Source: Bacteroidia bacterium (GTDB lineage Bacteria > Bacteroidota > Bacteroidia > NS11-12g > UBA9320). Taken from it: a DNA stretch of 64,000 bases. Positions 60,207 to 64,000 of the stretch are shown here, piece after piece. The translations under genes were made by a program, and so were the position numbers. Positions within the stretch are counted from its first letter, which is position 1, and every line of letters starts with the position of its first letter. Under the pieces are notes generated by a model. The model was given only the letters and a program-made list of their open reading frames with translations, had not been told where the DNA came from and made no database searches. The stretch is from positions 640,001 through 704,000 of the forward strand of contig CBDCFW010000005.1 of the NCBI GenBank assembly GCA_965216465.1. Direction: 5' to 3'.

Positions 60207-60528
60207 AATTCGTTCAGTTCTCGGTAAGATTTATACACAAAGCAAGGTTCGAATTCTGCTTTGCCAAGAGCCTAAAGTAGTGGCTAATCGCACGCGTAGG
60301 TTATATAAACATTTTTACTTAGGCCTAGTATACATTTAGGGTATTTTTCGGAAGTATAGTCATTTGTCTAACTTCTGCTTGGATTGTCATCTTCAGCTTC
60401 AATCATGTTCTTCTAAGCCTAAAAAAACAAGGTATTCTAAGATTGAGCCAAATTTCCAAACAAGTGGTCTTTTTTCACAAATTCAAGCTGTATTGTACTT
60501 CTACGTTTGCAGTATAAATTATAACACA

Positions 60529-60870
60529 ATGAGTAAAAAAAATAAACCAGCACAGTTACGCGTAATCTTCATCTTAAACGCATTAATGATGATTCTACCC
60601 TTTGTCTTTTATTCTGTAATCACCTCAAAAGAAATCACACTTGGTGGCTTAGACCCCATGTGGATGATTTACACTGGTATTGCCTACATTGTTAGTTTTG
60701 CCTTGTTAGTCTATTCAATTTTGAATGCAAAACTGATGCTTTTTAGAGCATTATTTGTGGTTAACATACTTATTGCTATCCCGGCCAAAGCTTGGATTGG
60801 AGTGGGTGTTGCGGTTATTTCAATGGCATTGTCATTTCATAATAAAGTAGTAGGTTACTTTAGTAAGTAG
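60529..60870 (+). CDS. Hypothetical 4-TM membrane protein
   Basis: Start MSKKNK at ATG 60529. Hydrophobic helices. Confidence 0.65.
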   Translation: MSKKNKPAQLRVIFILNALMMILPFVFYSVITSKEITLGGLDPMWMIYTGIAYIVSFALLVYSILNAKLMLFRALFVVNILIAIPAKAWIGVGVAVISMALSFHNKVVGYFSK

Positions 60871-60931
60871 TGATGTAAGAGCTTAGTAATTCTTCCTTGC
60901 ATTACTTATCTGTTTTCGCTAACTTGGCAAG

Positions 60932-61336
60932 ATGAAAAATCTAGCATACCTATCTTTTCTGATAATCTTTATTACTGCCTGTGGTGACAAGACTACTACC
61001 ACACCTGAAGCTGAAAAAGAAACTCCTAAAGGCAATCTAATTGAGTTTGTTGTAGACTCTGAAGTGGCGTGCGAAGTCCACATGATTGTAAATAGACCAG
61101 GCGATTCTGAGTTGTATTATGAAACGGCAGATTCTCCAGGAGATTTTAGAGACAGCACCCATATTGAGCTGCAAGACATGGACGAGATCACGTTAATAGC
61201 AGGTCCTTCTAAGGTGGATGGTAATTATCATATGATAAAAAACTTTATTTACATAGATGGATCAAAAGAGAAGGAAGTTTGGTTAAACTGCAATGGCAAC
61301 TTGAAGAACAATATAACCTTTGTCTACCGCGAGTAA
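60932..61336 (+). CDS. Hypothetical lipoprotein
   Basis: ITAC lipobox. Confidence 0.7.
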   Translation: MKNLAYLSFLIIFITACGDKTTTTPEAEKETPKGNLIEFVVDSEVACEVHMIVNRPGDSELYYETADSPGDFRDSTHIELQDMDEITLIAGPSKVDGNYHMIKNFIYIDGSKEKEVWLNCNGNLKNNITFVYRE

Positions 61337-61358
61337 GCCATCTTGCAAACCCTTCTCA

Positions 61359-61892
61359 ATGCTTTATCTTTTTATAATACTTTCATTTTTAAGTTGTAAT
61401 GAAAAGAAATCCCACAAAAGCAGCGATGACGTCAAGCAAAGTTCAACAATTAAATGCGACGATTTTGGCTGTGAGGGACAATACAAAGGACCTGAATTTA
61501 TAAACGGAGATGATATAGCCCATCAATTCTCGAACAAGATGTCGGCAAAAGTCGGTGACCAACTTAAAAAGTTATACGCTCAAAAGAAATTTGTAAAAGT
61601 AGACTTCAATAAGCTAACCATGTACACCGAGGGCATGGGCACGGGCAATGTTATTTACAGCTTGAATATTCCATTTGAAGAAGTAAACACAGCTTGTGAA
61701 GCTTTCACGTCATTTGATCATGTCGGAGGTTGGAATCACAGTCCTGCGTTAGAGGCACGTAAAAAGCAATTGAGCAAGGCACTTTTAGCTGGCGATAGCT
61801 TAGACATTAGCTCGCTTAAAACTACACCAGAAGGATTGCAGGAATATTGGATCCAATGGAGACATAAGCAGGTTCAAGCATCTTGTAATTAA
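61359..61892 (+). CDS. Hypothetical lipoprotein
   Basis: FLSC lipobox after ATG 61359. Conserved-looking DIAHQFSN, FDHVGGW and EYWIQW segments. Confidence 0.7.
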   Translation: MLYLFIILSFLSCNEKKSHKSSDDVKQSSTIKCDDFGCEGQYKGPEFINGDDIAHQFSNKMSAKVGDQLKKLYAQKKFVKVDFNKLTMYTEGMGTGNVIYSLNIPFEEVNTACEAFTSFDHVGGWNHSPALEARKKQLSKALLAGDSLDISSLKTTPEGLQEYWIQWRHKQVQASCN

Positions 61893-61914
61893 GCTTTTAA
61901 CTTTGCCTTGATTT

Positions 61915-62487
61915 ATGAATCATCGTCATTTCAAAATTTATAAACCTACAGGCTACCTCTCGCAATTTGTAAATAATCAGAACAGAAGACGAAATAAAAA
62001 ACTGCTTAGCGAACTGGGTGATTTCCCTGAAGGAACAATGTCTGTTGGTAGGCTAGACGAAAAGTCTGAAGGTCTATTGCTTTTAACTACGGATGGTCGT
62101 CTGAGCAACAAAGTACTCTCTAAGAAAGTTGAAAAGGAATATTGGGTACAGGTAGAAGGAATTGTAAGTCCAACATCCATTTCAAAACTTGAAGCTGGTG
62201 TCGAGATTACCATTAATAAAAAGAAGTACACCACTCTTCCAGCCAAAGCCTATAGCATAAATCCAGCACCTGCAGTTTCTCCTCCTCCACGGGGAGAACG
62301 CGATATTCACAAAGAAACAAGTTGGATTTCAATAACTATTTGCGAAGGAAAGTACAGGCAAGTACGTAGAATGACAGCAGCCCTAGGTCATCCTACCCTT
62401 CGCTTAATTCGGGTACGCGTAGGGAACGAGAAAATTGACGATTTAGTTCCAGGAGAGTTTGTGGAAGTGTCAGATTACAAGCTTTAA
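61915..62487 (+). CDS. RsuA/RluE-family pseudouridine synthase (no S4 domain)
   Basis: YKPTGYLSQF, GRLD (catalytic Asp), SEGLLLLT, EGKYRQVRRM and PTLRLIR. Confidence 0.92.
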   Translation: MNHRHFKIYKPTGYLSQFVNNQNRRRNKKLLSELGDFPEGTMSVGRLDEKSEGLLLLTTDGRLSNKVLSKKVEKEYWVQVEGIVSPTSISKLEAGVEITINKKKYTTLPAKAYSINPAPAVSPPPRGERDIHKETSWISITICEGKYRQVRRMTAALGHPTLRLIRVRVGNEKIDDLVPGEFVEVSDYKL

Positions 62488-62498
62488 TCTAAATGAAA

Positions 62499-62885
62499 TC
62501 AGCGTACTCTTAAATGGATGAGTACAAAATCTTCGGCCCACGCCGTGCCTGTACCCTCCCATCTCATACTATCACCAATCATCTCTACCTTCCAATAACT
62601 ATCATCTTCTTCACCCGCATCGCTATCTAAAAATAGCACATTCTTTTGGTAGGTATAAGCACCTTCATTTGTCCCAAATGGACGTCCAGAAGTTTGAAAC
62701 CTGCCGTTCTCTTTGAACTCAATCATTCGTTCATTATTTGGATTGTGTTCTGCAGATACATCTTGACCGCTTTGAATTACGTTTGCCATTTTCCAAACAC
62801 CGACTAACTCATTCTTCGGTTGATTACAGGAAAGCAACGAAGAAGTCAACAGTAAACCTGTTATAAGAATAATTGATTTATTCAT
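62499..62885 (-). CDS. Lipocalin-like lipoprotein
   Basis: LLSC lipobox. LVGVW (GxW) motif and EFKENGRF. Confidence 0.7.
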   Translation of the reverse strand: MNKSIILITGLLLTSSLLSCNQPKNELVGVWKMANVIQSGQDVSAEHNPNNERMIEFKENGRFQTSGRPFGTNEGAYTYQKNVLFLDSDAGEEDDSYWKVEMIGDSMRWEGTGTAWAEDFVLIHLRVR

Positions 62886-62988
62886 GGTGTAAACCTAAGA
62901 CTTTTATAGCAACAACAACAGACCTTCCTAAAACAGAATTAAGCAGTGCTAAATTCAATGGTAACTTTTGTTAGTTTCGCCCGTCTAA

Positions 62989-63783
62989 ATGAACAAGATG
63001 ACCCGATCAATTATACTCTTCACACTCGTACTTATATTTTCTTGCAAGCCAATGATTAGGGTTACTGACTATGTTGAATTCGACATCTACTCGTATAAAA
63101 AAGATGGCAATGAATATGGTGCCGCGATGCCAAAAATTAAGGATAGTACATTACTTCACCCCTACGAGCGACGGTTTGAATATCTGTTGCTAAATACGCC
63201 CAAGATTCATCAACCTGAAAGCTACGACGAGCGCAAAAAACTCTTCGAACTTTACCCAGACACTGCTGCTCTTGCAGAAGAATATGCTCAAATACTGACA
63301 CAAGACAAAGATTTGAATTCCTACTTTTTTCAGGCTATTCGCCCGCTAATTTATGAGGATGTTGAACCCTCCCTTACCTATTCTGAGTCTGAGGTCATGG
63401 AAGTAGCTTCAAAATTCTTTTACTGTGATAAGGTTAATCCAGACACCTCAATACAGTTTCATATTTGCATTGGTCTTAACGGAGTTCAAGAAGCAAACTG
63501 GGATAAGGACTACCGATTGGTTGAAGCATTTTGTTACGAAGCAATATTTACCGATTTTGATAACGACACCTCTCAACTGATATCTAAGTTTGCAGCTGAA
63601 TTAAACCAAGTTAACAAAGCTTTTAAACCGATGATCACCTCTTTTAACCAACATTTAAATGACGTTAAATTGGAGATGTTTTCAAGAATGAAGAACGAAA
63701 TCGCTCTCAAACTGGTTCTTTCCACATACTTTGCTAATAATCAGGAAAATCTAGCATTTATGGTACCAGATTGGACCGACTAA
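62989..63783 (+). CDS. Hypothetical lipoprotein
   Basis: IFSC lipobox. Conserved-looking RRFEYL, ASKFFY, HICIGLNG and EAFCYEAI segments. Confidence 0.7.
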   Translation: MNKMTRSIILFTLVLIFSCKPMIRVTDYVEFDIYSYKKDGNEYGAAMPKIKDSTLLHPYERRFEYLLLNTPKIHQPESYDERKKLFELYPDTAALAEEYAQILTQDKDLNSYFFQAIRPLIYEDVEPSLTYSESEVMEVASKFFYCDKVNPDTSIQFHICIGLNGVQEANWDKDYRLVEAFCYEAIFTDFDNDTSQLISKFAAELNQVNKAFKPMITSFNQHLNDVKLEMFSRMKNEIALKLVLSTYFANNQENLAFMVPDWTD

Positions 63784-63834
63784 CACTCCTCACAACCTCA
63801 CTTTCTCTCAATTTTTTGCTATATTGAGCGAATC

Positions 63835-64000
63835 ATGAAAAAAGTGATAGTACTAACCTTAATGCTCACTGCCCCATGGTTGAGCTTTTCTCAAAATGCT
63901 TTGTGCTTTGATGGATCAGACGACGGTGTAAACTGCGGAACTAACTCCTCTCACAATGTAGGGAATACGTCGTTCTCCCTTGAGGCTTGGATTTATCCAA
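63835..64000 (+). CDS. N-terminal part of a secreted LamG/concanavalin-like domain protein (runs out of the window)
   Basis: MKKVIVL..FSQNALCFDGSDDGV..FSLEAWIYP has the LamG signature AL.FDG.DD and F(T/S).EAW. Not in the supplied ORF track. Confidence 0.75.
   Translation, partial: MKKVIVLTLMLTAPWLSFSQNALCFDGSDDGVNCGTNSSHNVGNTSFSLEAWIYP

Noticed and set aside
60237-60266. tRNA-like fragment caaagcaaGGTTCGAATtctgctttgCCA
   Set aside because: It has a T-loop-like heptamer, but CCA is too close to it for a tRNA 3' end. There is no D or anticodon arm and no integrase nearby, so it is probably an ordinary hairpin.
482-62246. The many 60-180-aa ORFs overlapping long genes (e.g. 1629..2180-, 12635..12937+, 16511..16705-, 37704..37895+)
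   Set aside because: They are antisense or off-frame shadows of well-supported genes and carry no recognisable motifs.
1-64000. CRISPR array, prophage, IS element, rRNA or tRNA genes
   Set aside because: By eye I found no regularly spaced DNA repeats and no integrase, transposase or phage structural genes. The repeats present are degenerate protein-level repeats.

Overview
AT-rich chromosomal window from a Bacteroidetes organism, judged from T9SS type A/B C-terminal sorting domains, TAnnTTTG -7 promoter boxes, a hybrid two-component system and a GldM-like protein. It holds about 55 densely packed accessory genes: six T9SS cargo proteins, many orphan lipoproteins, a HipBA toxin-antitoxin pair, a MATE pump, two cold-shock genes, two AraC-linked operons, an AGPS-like/GlpD-like/DAG-kinase-like lipid operon, a ceramidase, a UDG-family gene and an RsuA/RluE-family gene. 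I saw no rRNA, tRNA, CRISPR array, integrase or transposase. Main observations: (1) a small MoaD/ubiquitin-like beta-grasp candidate translationally coupled to a giant (~1676 aa if rejoined) helical-repeat DUF4132-type protein that is split by a 1-nt homopolymer frameshift; (2) a shared 31-nt tandem operator placed exactly 62 nt before the -7 TTTG at three promoters, which defines a probable HTCS regulon; (3) an ether-lipid-type three-gene operon; (4) a GldM/PorM periplasmic fragment carrying a lipoprotein signal; (5) a long structured csp leader. All family assignments come from motifs recognised by eye, with no database search.
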